Shown: piece by piece, positions 17,647-27,025 of the stretch
How positions within the stretch are numbered: position 1 is the stretch's first letter
How the letters are laid out: the number at the start of each line of letters is the position of its first letter
DNA from: an uncultured Mycoplasmatota bacterium
GTDB taxonomy: Bacteria > Bacillota_I > Bacilli_A > RF39 > UBA660
Direction of reading: 5' to 3'
NCBI GenBank assembly: GCA_948467605.1
Contig: CAOKET010000002.1
Span: 14,410 to 78,409, forward strand
Length of the DNA: 64,000 nt
Notes under the pieces: generated by a model
What the model was told of the DNA's origin: nothing
Seen by the model: only the letters and a program-made list of their open reading frames with translations
The model's database searches: none
Position numbers and translations under genes: made by a program

Positions 17647-18270
17647 TTATTTAATCGTTTCTATTTTATTACTTTTAAGTATATTTAATTTTTCTGGATC
17701 ATTTAGTAATGATAAACTATCGACTAACTTAACACCATTGATTTCTTTTGGAATAGGATACTCTTTTAAACTTAAAAATTCTTGTTGATATACCTTTTGA
17801 TTTAACAACTTGTCTATATTATTTACTTCATTTGCTATATAACTTTCTAAATAATAAAGAGTATAAACATTTTGTGACTTTGAATATTTAAGTTCATAAT
17901 GTGAAGCCAATCTTTTACTAATTGTTGTCTCATTAACCCCAAAGGTTTCATTAAATTCTTCTATAAGAACCTGTTTTCTTTTCTCCTCATTAAATCCTTT
18001 TTCTATTTCATATTTTGTAGTATAAATATCATTGTATAGATCAATAAGTTCTTTATATGTAATATCTTTATTTTCAATATTGAAATCATTCATTGTAAAT
18101 TTATTGTGCTGTTGAAAAAATGGATATAGCACATTCCAAGTAGTAGGCTTTATATTATATAACACTAATCCCTTATCAGTATATGTATATAAGTCTGTTG
18201 CACTATCTAACCTAGTTGGAAACATTTCTTTAGGTACTTTTTGATTAAGTATGTCTTTAGTTATAATCAT
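17647..18270 (-). CDS. Hypothetical protein (207 aa), immediately upstream of and co-directional with the zinc-ribbon protein
   Basis: The ORF is roughly 34 nt from the downstream gene. No motifs recognised. Confidence 0.4.
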   Translation of the reverse strand: MIITKDILNQKVPKEMFPTRLDSATDLYTYTDKGLVLYNIKPTTWNVLYPFFQQHNKFTMNDFNIENKDITYKELIDLYNDIYTTKYEIEKGFNEEKRKQVLIEEFNETFGVNETTISKRLASHYELKYSKSQNVYTLYYLESYIANEVNNIDKLLNQKVYQQEFLSLKEYPIPKEINGVKLVDSLSLLNDPEKLNILKSNKIETIK

Positions 18271-18391
18271 TACTTCACTCTCCTATATTATTCTTATTTC
18301 ATAATCTAATACTTTGCAACCTTCATTTAATTTAAATTTTCCTTCAAATATTTTGTCTTTAAATAAATATGATATAAACTTTTCATTTTGA

Positions 18392-18628
18392 TCAAATTGA
18401 TTTATTTTTGACAAATACTCCATCTAATGAAACTTCTAATAGCTCTCCTTCAAAATTTTCTGCTGTAAATATTGTTCCCTCGGCAGAATCTTTCCAATAA
18501 GACATTACTTGTAATCTAGGGTTAATTAAGTGTAAGCCTGTTTCTTCATAAAACTCTCTTGTTATACAATCCAACGGAGTTTCCACTTGTTCAAACTTAC
18601 CACCTGAAGGGGCATATACTTGCCGCAT
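18392..18628 (-). pseudogene. NUDIX hydrolase remnant (Nudix box retained, N-terminal beta strands missing)
   Basis: GGKFEQVETPLDCITREFYEETGL is the Nudix box GX5EX7REUXEEXGU. The ORF is only 78 aa, with an in-frame stop 4 codons upstream of the ATG. An extended -10 TGATATAAT lies about 15 nt upstream. Confidence 0.45.
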
Positions 18629-18770
18629 TTCTTTTATTAGTTATATTATATCATTTTATGAGCGTTATTTATACAATTTTAGGTAGCATTTTTATTAAAC
18701 TTTTTTAACCAAAATTAACACTTTTTAAAGTTTTCTATATAAATTTTTATCATTTTTAGTTCATAATAAC

Positions 18771-18866
18771 AAAAAATGGAGCCTTTCGGCTCCTTCAGGG
18801 GGTTTTGGTTGATGCACTCTCACATTTTATACCGTAAGAGCACAGGCGCAATATTGCTATCACGCT
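18771..18866 (-). ncRNA. Candidate ~95-nt structured small RNA or cis-leader, ending in a canonical intrinsic terminator
   Basis: Sits between a good sigma-A promoter and the GGAGCCGAAAGGCUCC+U6 terminator (18778-18793, A-run 18771-18776). The body is locally GC-rich. It contains the GCAAUAUUGC palindrome and a GCUCUUAC/GUGAGAGU pairing. No known RNA family recognised. Confidence 0.35.
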
Positions 18867-18872
18867 AACATA

Positions 18873-18901
18873 ATCATATTATTAAATCGATTAAAAGTCA
18901 A
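18873..18901 (-). promoter_or_regulatory. Sigma-A-type promoter (-35 TTGACT, 17-nt spacer, -10 TATGAT) driving the candidate sRNA
   Basis: Minus-strand reading TTGACTtttaatcgatttaataaTATGAT. Plus-strand coordinates: -35 at 18896-18901, -10 at 18873-18878. Confidence 0.45.
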
Positions 18902-18921
18902 TGAATTTTGGTGAATTATTT

Positions 18922-19776
18922 TTAATTTAATTTTTTTAGTTTGATTTTTCCAGTATATACGGCATCTGCGGTACCCGTTAGGTATACATTGTTTGTACAG
19001 TCAAAGTCCCAGTAAACTTTTAAAACTCCATTCTTCATATAAACGTCTACTCCCCTATTTGTCTTATTTGTTATAGCAGATGCTACTCCTGAGGCACATG
19101 CACCAGTTCCACATGCTAATGTTTCTCCACTGCCCCTTTCCCATACTCTCATTCTTATTCTATTTCTATCAATTATTTCTACAAATTCTACATTTGTTCT
19201 ATTTTTAAACATTTCATGATTTTCTATACTAGGTCCTAATTCGTTTATATTGACTTTATCGACATCTCCAACAAATATTACGGCATGAGGATTACCCATT
19301 GATAATATTGTTACATCTAGAGTTTTTCCATTAACTATTATTGGTTTATTAATGTAATCATTTATATTTTCATCAATTCCAACAGCACTTCCTCTAAAAT
19401 TTGGTTGACCCATGTTTACCCTCACTGTTTCTATTTCTCTTGTTGTATTATTTATATTTAAAAATATATCCTTTATTCCGCTTAATGTATCTATTTTTAA
19501 TTTTGGACCTTTTATTTTTCTTTCTTCATATAGGTAAAGTGCAACACATCTTATTGCATTACCACACATCTCTGCTTCTGAACCATCTGCATTATATATT
19601 CGCATAAAGCAGTCGGCTTTATCGCTTTTTTCCATGATTACTACACCATCAGATCCTACCCCTGTATTTCTGTTACACAACTTGCTTATATAGGGTATTA
19701 TATCTAATTTACCATCATCTAAGTTGTCTATAAATATATAGTCATTTCCTAGACCATGCATTTTTTGAAACTCCAT
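18922..19776 (-). CDS. dapF: Diaminopimelate epimerase
   Basis: HGLGNDYIF, the CGNAIRC active-site Cys, and a second catalytic Cys in GSGETLACGTGACA. 284 aa. Confidence 0.95.
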   Translation of the reverse strand: MEFQKMHGLGNDYIFIDNLDDGKLDIIPYISKLCNRNTGVGSDGVVIMEKSDKADCFMRIYNADGSEAEMCGNAIRCVALYLYEERKIKGPKLKIDTLSGIKDIFLNINNTTREIETVRVNMGQPNFRGSAVGIDENINDYINKPIIVNGKTLDVTILSMGNPHAVIFVGDVDKVNINELGPSIENHEMFKNRTNVEFVEIIDRNRIRMRVWERGSGETLACGTGACASGVASAITNKTNRGVDVYMKNGVLKVYWDFDCTNNVYLTGTADAVYTGKIKLKKLN

Positions 19777-19819
19777 ATTATCACCTATAATAAAGTATGC
19801 AAAAATACATTTATGGCAA

Positions 19820-21793
19820 CTAGTCTTGGTTATTTATCTTATTTATTTCTTCATTTATATTTTTATAATCATATATATTTTTTGTTTCAATAAATTTACT
19901 AGCATCTTCTTTAGTCTGCATAAGAATTTTGTAATCATTTTTAAGTGATGCGATTTTAAAAATCATATCTCCATGTTGTTTTACACCAAACAAATCACCA
20001 TGACCCCTTAGTTTAAAATCGTTTTCACTTATTTCAAATCCATCATTTGTTTTTGTCATTACTTTTAGTCTTTCATGTTCACTGTTACTTATTAAAATAC
20101 AAATTCCTTCCTTTTGTCCTCTTCCTACTCTACCTCTTAACTGATGAAGGGTTGATAGTCCAAATCTAGATGCATCAAATATAACCATAGTTGTAGCATT
20201 TGGTATATCTATTCCTACTTCTATAACTGTTGTGCTTATAAGAATATTTATTTCATTTTCTTTGAATAGGTTCATTATATTTTCTTTGTCTTTATTTTTC
20301 ATTTTTCCATGTATTATATCTATATTATAACTTTTAAATGCTTTTTGTAGTTTTTCTTTTAAATCCATTACACTTTCCATATTGCTAGAGTCACTTTCTT
20401 CTATTAGTGGTGCGACTACAAATATTTGATTATTCTGTTTCAGTTGTTCATACATTATAGATAGTACATCTTTAATCTCATCATATTTTTTTAAATATGT
20501 TATTACCTCTTTTCTACCTTTAGGAAGTGTTTTTATACTAGTTATATCCATATCTTTATATATCGTTAATGCATATGTTCTTGGGATTGGTGTTGCACTC
20601 ATATATAATACATCTGGTTTTTGACCTTTATTTCTTAATATATGTCTTTGATTAACTCCAAATCTATGTTGTTCATCTGTTATTACTAGTCCTAAATTAT
20701 TAAATTCTATTTGTTCATTTAATAGTGCATGCGTTCCAATTATTAAATCTATTTCATTATTTATAAGTTTATTATATATTTCTTCTTTTTTAGATTTTGT
20801 GATTGTCCCTGTTAGAAGTTCGACTCTTAGTGGTAATATTTTTTTTATATTATTGTAGTGTTGATTAGCAAGTATTTCTGTTGGAACCATTAGTGCACTC
20901 TGATAATTTGCTTTAGCCATTAGATAACATGCGGCAAATGCTACTATTGTCTTACCGCTTCCAACATCACCTTGTATAAGTCTATTCATTCTCTTAGGAC
21001 TATTTAGATCTAAAATTATATCGTCAATTGCCTTTATTTGGTCTTCTGTTAATTCAAATGGTATTAAACTTATAAAATCATCTTTCCATTTCTCATTTAT
21101 ATCTCGTATAAAATATTCATTTTCTTCCTTATTTTGTTCTCTTAATTTCTCCATTTTTAACATAAATATAAATAATTCTTCATATTTTAATCTTATTAAT
21201 GCCTTTTTTAGATTTGATTCGTCTTTTGGATTATGTATTTCTATTAGACTTTCATCTTTATCTATAAATGAGTAGTTATCTTTTAAATAACTTGGTATAT
21301 AGTCCTCTACTTCCACACTTTTTAGTGCTTGATTCACATAGTTATTTATCATCTTACTACTTATACCAGTTGTGCAATGATATATACTCTCTATTTGGTT
21401 ATCTAAATTTATATCCAACTTTATATCACTTGCAGTTATTGTATTTCTTTTTTGGTCATATTTTCCTAGTATTATTATTTGATTATTTATTGTCAAATGG
21501 GGTTTTAAAAATGCCCTATTAAATATTACAACATTTATGAGTTTTCCGTCTATTTCTACTTTAAATCTCAAACTATTCATTTTTCTTTTTATGTATGATA
21601 TAGTCGGTGTACTAATTACTACTCCCTTTACTACAATTTTATTAAAGTCGCTATGTTCCATTAAAGATTTAGTTTCAATTTTATTATATCTATACGGATA
21701 ATAGTTTATTAAATCATTAATATTAAATATACCTAGTTTATTTAGTAGTTTTATATTCTTTGGTCCTAAACCTTTTATTTCTTGTAATTCCAT
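19820..21793 (-). CDS. recG: ATP-dependent DNA helicase RecG
   Basis: N-terminal wedge/OB region. Helicase motifs: I GDVGSGKT, II DEQHRFG, VI QLRGRVGRG. About 657 aa from the MELQEIK start. Confidence 0.95.
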   Translation of the reverse strand: MELQEIKGLGPKNIKLLNKLGIFNINDLINYYPYRYNKIETKSLMEHSDFNKIVVKGVVISTPTISYIKRKMNSLRFKVEIDGKLINVVIFNRAFLKPHLTINNQIIILGKYDQKRNTITASDIKLDINLDNQIESIYHCTTGISSKMINNYVNQALKSVEVEDYIPSYLKDNYSFIDKDESLIEIHNPKDESNLKKALIRLKYEELFIFMLKMEKLREQNKEENEYFIRDINEKWKDDFISLIPFELTEDQIKAIDDIILDLNSPKRMNRLIQGDVGSGKTIVAFAACYLMAKANYQSALMVPTEILANQHYNNIKKILPLRVELLTGTITKSKKEEIYNKLINNEIDLIIGTHALLNEQIEFNNLGLVITDEQHRFGVNQRHILRNKGQKPDVLYMSATPIPRTYALTIYKDMDITSIKTLPKGRKEVITYLKKYDEIKDVLSIMYEQLKQNNQIFVVAPLIEESDSSNMESVMDLKEKLQKAFKSYNIDIIHGKMKNKDKENIMNLFKENEINILISTTVIEVGIDIPNATTMVIFDASRFGLSTLHQLRGRVGRGQKEGICILISNSEHERLKVMTKTNDGFEISENDFKLRGHGDLFGVKQHGDMIFKIASLKNDYKILMQTKEDASKFIETKNIYDYKNINEEINKINNQD

Positions 21794-21884
21794 AATTACC
21801 ACCTATATATATTCTAACATATATTTGGTGATAAAAATTTTTAAAATCTGTTATATTTTAATCAATATATACTATAAATAAAAT

Positions 21885-22373
21885 TTATTCTGTTAATGTT
21901 CTTACTGTTTGCTTGTAATATGTTTTTATTTTTACTTTTCTATTACCAATAGCATTTTTATATATTTGTCTTAAGCAATTTGATAGTTCTATTATATTTG
22001 GTAATGGTTTATTTTGATAAATTCCATCAATTAATATTTGTCTTTCAATAATTTGACATTCTATCTTTTCTAATTCGTATATTTTATCATTTACTTCAAT
22101 AATTGGCTTTTTAAACATTTCGATACATGCGTCTACTGCAATTTCACAGTTTATTTTCCTATCATTAGTAATGTTATTTTTTATCATAGACATTAATAGG
22201 CATGCTGCTTCATCAAAACTATCTATTTTTCTTGACATGTTTTCTTCTACAAAATTATATAGTTCTTTATAAATTTTTAAAATACTTAAACACTCATTTT
22301 TATTTGATGTTTTTACTCCACTTTTTTTAATTGATGATTGTATACATTTTATTACTTTTATTAGGCTTTTCAT
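21885..22373 (-). CDS. Hypothetical protein (162 aa)
   Basis: ORF only. No recognised motif. Confidence 0.35.
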   Translation of the reverse strand: MKSLIKVIKCIQSSIKKSGVKTSNKNECLSILKIYKELYNFVEENMSRKIDSFDEAACLLMSMIKNNITNDRKINCEIAVDACIEMFKKPIIEVNDKIYELEKIECQIIERQILIDGIYQNKPLPNIIELSNCLRQIYKNAIGNRKVKIKTYYKQTVRTLTE

Positions 22374-22480
22374 AGCAGATATTCATCTCCTTTGAGTTAT
22401 TATTATTTTAATTCTTTTTATATATAATGTAAATAGTTTAAACTTTATTAAAATTATTTTATTTTTTTATCGTTTTTGTG

Positions 22481-22509
22481 TTGACAAATTCATATTGTTG
22501 AGTTAGTAT
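22481..22509 (+). promoter_or_regulatory. Putative sigma-A promoter (-35 TTGACA, 17-nt spacer, -10 TAGTAT)
   Basis: TTGACA at 22481-22486 and TAGTAT at 22504-22509. Lies between two minus-strand genes with no plus-strand CDS downstream. Confidence 0.35.
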
Positions 22510-22516
22510 ATACATC

Positions 22517-22616
22517 ACCAATTCGGTTTAGGCGAATTGGTGCTAGTATCACACTAGCCAACCCCTTTTTATTCTTTTTTGAGGTTGTTTCAGGGGGAGC
22601 AACCTCTTTTTTATAT
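22517..22616 (+). ncRNA. Candidate ~100-nt small RNA with three hairpins and a terminal intrinsic terminator
   Basis: Hairpins: CACCAATTCG-gtttagg-CGAATTGGTG; GCTAGT-atcaca-ACTAGC followed by a U-run; GAGGTTG-tttcagggggagc-AACCTC followed by TTTTTT. A CCCC (22562) / GGGG (22593) alternative pairing is possible. Confidence 0.35.
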
Positions 22617-22618
22617 GC

Positions 22619-22645
22619 AAAAAGGAAGCAATTGAAAACGCTTCC
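22619..22645 (-). terminator. Intrinsic terminator of the pyruvate:ferredoxin oxidoreductase gene
   Basis: Hairpin GGAAGC-(10 nt)-GCTTCC immediately after the stop, followed by a U-run on the minus strand. Confidence 0.55.
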
Positions 22646-25600
22646 TTATTTTTGAGACATTTCTTTATATATATTATGTCTTTTCATAGCGATTTCCTTG
22701 TTTTTTTCTAATAACTCTTTAGCATTATCTTGATTTACTAGTTTTAACATGCTGTATCTTGTTTCTAGATTTAAAAATTCTTCATATTTTTCATAATCTG
22801 GTTCTTTGTTATAAAGTTTTAGTTTGTTTTCACTAGGATTGTACTTAAATATTGGCAAGTATCCACATTCTCCTGCTAGTTTTTGATGTTCTAATGCATT
22901 TTTCATACCGCCTTTTATTCCATGTGATATACATGGTGCATATGCGATTATAATTGAAGGACCATCATGTTTTGCTGCCTCTTCAAATATATTTACAACC
23001 GACTCTTTGTTATACCCTAAACTTACCTGCGCTACAAAGACATTTTCATGAGACATAGCGATTTTGGCTAGGTCTTTTTTTACTGTTTTTTTGCCAGTTT
23101 CTGTGAATGATGCGACGCTTCCTGTTCTACTAGATTTTGATGATTGGCCTCCTGTATTTGAATATACCTCTGTATCTAATACAAGTATATTTATATTTTC
23201 GTTACTTTCTAATATATGATCTATTCCAGCATAACCAATATCATAAGCCCAGCCATCTCCACCTATACACCAAACAGTTGGCTTTATAAGATATTCTTTA
23301 TATGATTCTAATTCTTTAAATGTTTTTAGATCTTTGGATAATTTATTTGTTATTTCCATATCTTCAAAATTATCTATATATTCTTTATAAATTGAACTAT
23401 CTTTTATACTATTATTTTTTAACTTTTCTTCAATTATCTTTTTTACCCTTTGTCTCATTATTTTATGTGCAGTGTATATTCCATATCCGACTTCTGCATT
23501 ATCTTCAAACAAAGAATTTATCCATGGTACACTATATGGAGTACTTGGAAGACTTGCACCATATATTGATGAACATCCAGTTGCATTTGCAATTATCAAA
23601 TTATTTCCAAATAATTGAGTAAGGATTTTTAAATAAGGGGTTTCTCCACATCCACTACATGAGCCTGGATATTTAAATTTAGGTGGTTGAAACTGACTAT
23701 ATTTTACATTATTTCTTTTTTCTATATCTTTTTGTTTTACTTTGTTAAATAAGTAATCATCTTGTTCTTTTTGTTTTAGTTCATGTATATTAACCATCTC
23801 TAGGGCCTTCTTACCCTTCATTCCTGGACAGGTTTGAACACAGTGAGTACATCCAGTACAATCGTTATAAGAGACTCCTATCATAAAGTTATAATCTTTA
23901 AGATCTGGTCCAATCGCTTTTAAACTGTCATCTTTTACATTTTTGTTTTCTTCTTCATCAAGTAAAAATGGTCTTATTACCGCATGAGGACACACAAATG
24001 AGCATTGATTACATTGAATACAATTTTCCTTTATCCATACTGGTACATATTCACTTATTTTTCTTTTTTCAAACACCGTATTTCCGCCCTGGTATGTGCC
24101 ATCTTCATGATCTATAAATGCTGATACTGGTAAGTCATTTCCCTTCATTTTATTAATACTATCTATTATTATATCGTCTGTGTATTGTTTATTATTATCT
24201 TTAGATGTTAGAACAATATCTTTGACTTCTCTAATACAATTTAGGGCTTGATCTATTACCCGATTATTTGCCTTTACTATCTCTTCACCCTTATTAAAAA
24301 ACTCTTCATATACTTTTTCTTTAATACTTGATATGTATTCTTTTTCATCTATTTGGTTTAAATATTTTAATATTATTGTCTCCATAATTGTACTTATTTT
24401 GTTACCTAATCCATTGCTTGATGATAATGAATAAGCATCTGCGATATAAAATCTTATATTTTTCTTTTTTATTATTTCTTTTACTTTAGATGGCATTAAA
24501 CTTAAGCATTCTTCATCACTAAGACTTGAATTTAATATAAAAATCCCATTATCTTCAATATAGTCTAACATATCAAACTGACTTAAATAACTTGCCTTTG
24601 TACATACAATTAATTTTGCCTTATTAACATAGTATGTTGAATGTATTTTATTATCACTAATTCTTAAATGGCATCTAGTAACACCTCCTGATTTTTTACT
24701 GTCATATTGGAAGTATCCTTGAACGAACTTAGGTGTTTTTTCTCCAATAATTTTCATGATGTTTTTAGATGCGCTTACCATACCATCACTACCATATCCA
24801 TATATTAACATTTCTATACTATTATGGGGTATATTAAAGTTTTTATCTACATTTATGCTTCTGTTAGTAACATCATCTACTATTCCAACTGTAAAATTAT
24901 TAAATCTTTCTTTTGAATCTAAAAAATCATAAACTGCTTTGATATCTCTAGGTGAAGTATCTTTGCTTGATATTCCGTATCTTCCACCTATAATCTCTAT
25001 CTTCTTATCTTTAAACGTATTTACTACATCTAGATATAGTGGTTCTCCACTGCTTCCGCTTTCTTTTGTCCTGTCTAATACCGCTATTTGTTTTACTGAT
25101 TCTGGTAATACTTTAATTAAATGTCTTGTACTAAATGGTCTATAAAGATGCACTTCGACTAGCCCAACTTTTTCCCCTGTTTTATTTAGATAGTCTATTG
25201 TTTCTTTTATAGTTTCGCAAACTGATCCCATCGCTATTATCACTTTAGTTGCGTATTTATCTCCATAATAATTAAATATATGATAATCTTCACCAGTTAT
25301 CTTGTTTATATTATCCATATATTCTTCAACTATATCTGGTAAGTTGTCATAGTATTTATTTCTTACCTCTAGATTTTGAAAATAAACATCATCATTTTGC
25401 GCGGTTCCACGTGTTATTTTTTTACCTGGAATAAGGGCTTTTTGTCTAAATAAATTTAGGGATTTTTCATCTATTAAATCCTTTATTTTGTCTAGGTCTA
25501 TCATTTTTATTTTTTGAAGTTCGTGACTAGTTCTAAATCCATCAAATGCATTTATAAATGGTAGGCTTCCCTTTAATGCTGATAGATAACTAACAGGTGT

Positions 25601-26053
25601 TAAATCCATTACTTGTTGTGGTGAAGATGAAAATAATATTGCTACCCCTGTTTGTCTTACTGCATATATGTCTTGGTGATCACAAAAAATTGATAGGGCA
25701 TGGGTTGCGATTGATCTTGCCGCTACATTTATTACTCCTGGTAACATTTCCCCTGCTATTTTATAAAGATTTGGAATCATTAATAGCAATCCTTGGCTTG
25801 CAGTATAAGTACTTGATAAAACACCTGATTGAAGTGATCCATGTACTAATGCAATTGCACCTGCTTCACTTTGCATTTCTATTACTTTTACTTTATCATT
25901 AAAAAAATTAACCTCATTATTACCAGCCCATTTATCAATATGTTCAGCCATAGTAGATGCGGGTGTTATAGGATATATTCCAGCAAGTTCTGTCATCTTA
26001 TATGATATATATGCACATGCATGATTTCCATCCATAATACGGTATTTATTCAT
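22646..26053 (-). CDS. nifJ: Pyruvate:ferredoxin (flavodoxin) oxidoreductase
   Basis: 1135 aa. N-terminal PFOR domain I (YPITPAS). Internal 2x[4Fe-4S] ferredoxin motifs (CIQCNQCSFVCPH, CTGCTHCVQTCP). C-terminal TPP-binding GGDGW. Confidence 0.95.
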   Translation of the reverse strand: MNKYRIMDGNHACAYISYKMTELAGIYPITPASTMAEHIDKWAGNNEVNFFNDKVKVIEMQSEAGAIALVHGSLQSGVLSSTYTASQGLLLMIPNLYKIAGEMLPGVINVAARSIATHALSIFCDHQDIYAVRQTGVAILFSSSPQQVMDLTPVSYLSALKGSLPFINAFDGFRTSHELQKIKMIDLDKIKDLIDEKSLNLFRQKALIPGKKITRGTAQNDDVYFQNLEVRNKYYDNLPDIVEEYMDNINKITGEDYHIFNYYGDKYATKVIIAMGSVCETIKETIDYLNKTGEKVGLVEVHLYRPFSTRHLIKVLPESVKQIAVLDRTKESGSSGEPLYLDVVNTFKDKKIEIIGGRYGISSKDTSPRDIKAVYDFLDSKERFNNFTVGIVDDVTNRSINVDKNFNIPHNSIEMLIYGYGSDGMVSASKNIMKIIGEKTPKFVQGYFQYDSKKSGGVTRCHLRISDNKIHSTYYVNKAKLIVCTKASYLSQFDMLDYIEDNGIFILNSSLSDEECLSLMPSKVKEIIKKKNIRFYIADAYSLSSSNGLGNKISTIMETIILKYLNQIDEKEYISSIKEKVYEEFFNKGEEIVKANNRVIDQALNCIREVKDIVLTSKDNNKQYTDDIIIDSINKMKGNDLPVSAFIDHEDGTYQGGNTVFEKRKISEYVPVWIKENCIQCNQCSFVCPHAVIRPFLLDEEENKNVKDDSLKAIGPDLKDYNFMIGVSYNDCTGCTHCVQTCPGMKGKKALEMVNIHELKQKEQDDYLFNKVKQKDIEKRNNVKYSQFQPPKFKYPGSCSGCGETPYLKILTQLFGNNLIIANATGCSSIYGASLPSTPYSVPWINSLFEDNAEVGYGIYTAHKIMRQRVKKIIEEKLKNNSIKDSSIYKEYIDNFEDMEITNKLSKDLKTFKELESYKEYLIKPTVWCIGGDGWAYDIGYAGIDHILESNENINILVLDTEVYSNTGGQSSKSSRTGSVASFTETGKKTVKKDLAKIAMSHENVFVAQVSLGYNKESVVNIFEEAAKHDGPSIIIAYAPCISHGIKGGMKNALEHQKLAGECGYLPIFKYNPSENKLKLYNKEPDYEKYEEFLNLETRYSMLKLVNQDNAKELLEKNKEIAMKRHNIYKEMSQK

Positions 26054-26174
26054 TTATCTTATTCCTCCTTATATACTAGTATAGTATATAAGATTATTTT
26101 TATCAAAGATTTTTAATAAAATAATTGATAATAATTTTACTATATGATATATTTTTATTATAGGAGGTGCTTAT

Positions 26175-26945
26175 ATGGTTAATAAAATGTCAAATAATTT
26201 TTCTGAGTTTTTACAACATACATCGTTTGATTACTTCTCTAAAGAAAAAGATGAAATACTATCACTTATAAAAGATGAATTAGATGGCATTCTTAAGCAA
26301 ATAAGTATGCTCATTAAATCTTATAATTCTACTGTTGAACTTAAAAAAATTGAGAAAAAGTTTAATAGTATTCTTGATGGAACAAATCCATATATTGATA
26401 ATTTAATTAGAAATAAATATAATTTGTGTTATCAGGAATTATTCTCAAAAATAATAAGAGATGGGGATTTTGCTTTAAAGAGTAATAGATATGAGGCTAG
26501 TTCTGAAAGGCTTAGTGTACTTGAATCAACCCTTGCTAACTATAAATGTAATATAGATAAATCTAAAGAGGCTATTACTAATAAAATAGAAGAAAAAAAC
26601 AGTAATTTTGTTAAAGATTTTATAATTAATAATATATTAGCATGCCTAGAAGATACATTTTATGATATACCATGTAAACAAAATGATGATGCTTATAATG
26701 AAATAGAAAAATACTTAAATAAAACTACTGATATAATTATAGGTGGATTACAGGATATATGTGTGTCTAGTATGGATGATATGAATAATGATGTTTTATC
26801 TTATTTGGAGAATAAAATTAAATTTGAAAAAGGTTATACTAATAACTTAACATTATCTCAACTTTTACAGGCTAAAGAGGCGTTTATTGGTAGTAATACG
26901 AAAAGGCCACAAAAAAAAGGAAATAGGAAAAATATTGCCGCTTAA
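26175..26945 (+). CDS. Hypothetical soluble protein (256 aa), acidic and helical
   Basis: Strong RBS AGGAGG upstream. No recognised motif. Confidence 0.5.
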   Translation: MVNKMSNNFSEFLQHTSFDYFSKEKDEILSLIKDELDGILKQISMLIKSYNSTVELKKIEKKFNSILDGTNPYIDNLIRNKYNLCYQELFSKIIRDGDFALKSNRYEASSERLSVLESTLANYKCNIDKSKEAITNKIEEKNSNFVKDFIINNILACLEDTFYDIPCKQNDDAYNEIEKYLNKTTDIIIGGLQDICVSSMDDMNNDVLSYLENKIKFEKGYTNNLTLSQLLQAKEAFIGSNTKRPQKKGNRKNIAA

Positions 26946-27025
26946 ATAACATTTTTTAATGTTATTTTTATTATTCTTTATTTTTATAGTTAAATGGAGT
27001 ATAATTTTATTAGGAGGAAAATTTT

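Noticed and set aside
11206-18628. Possibility that the island is a prophage (the DUF5131 family is named after phage Gp37/Gp68)
   Set aside because: No integrase, terminase, capsid, tail, holin or attachment-site repeats were seen. The content is R-M and Mrr-type defense genes, so 'defense island' fits better than 'prophage'.
23320-25902. Several 68-101-aa plus-strand ORFs inside the PFOR gene
   Set aside because: All antisense to a high-confidence 1135-aa enzyme gene. Typical low-GC shadow ORFs.
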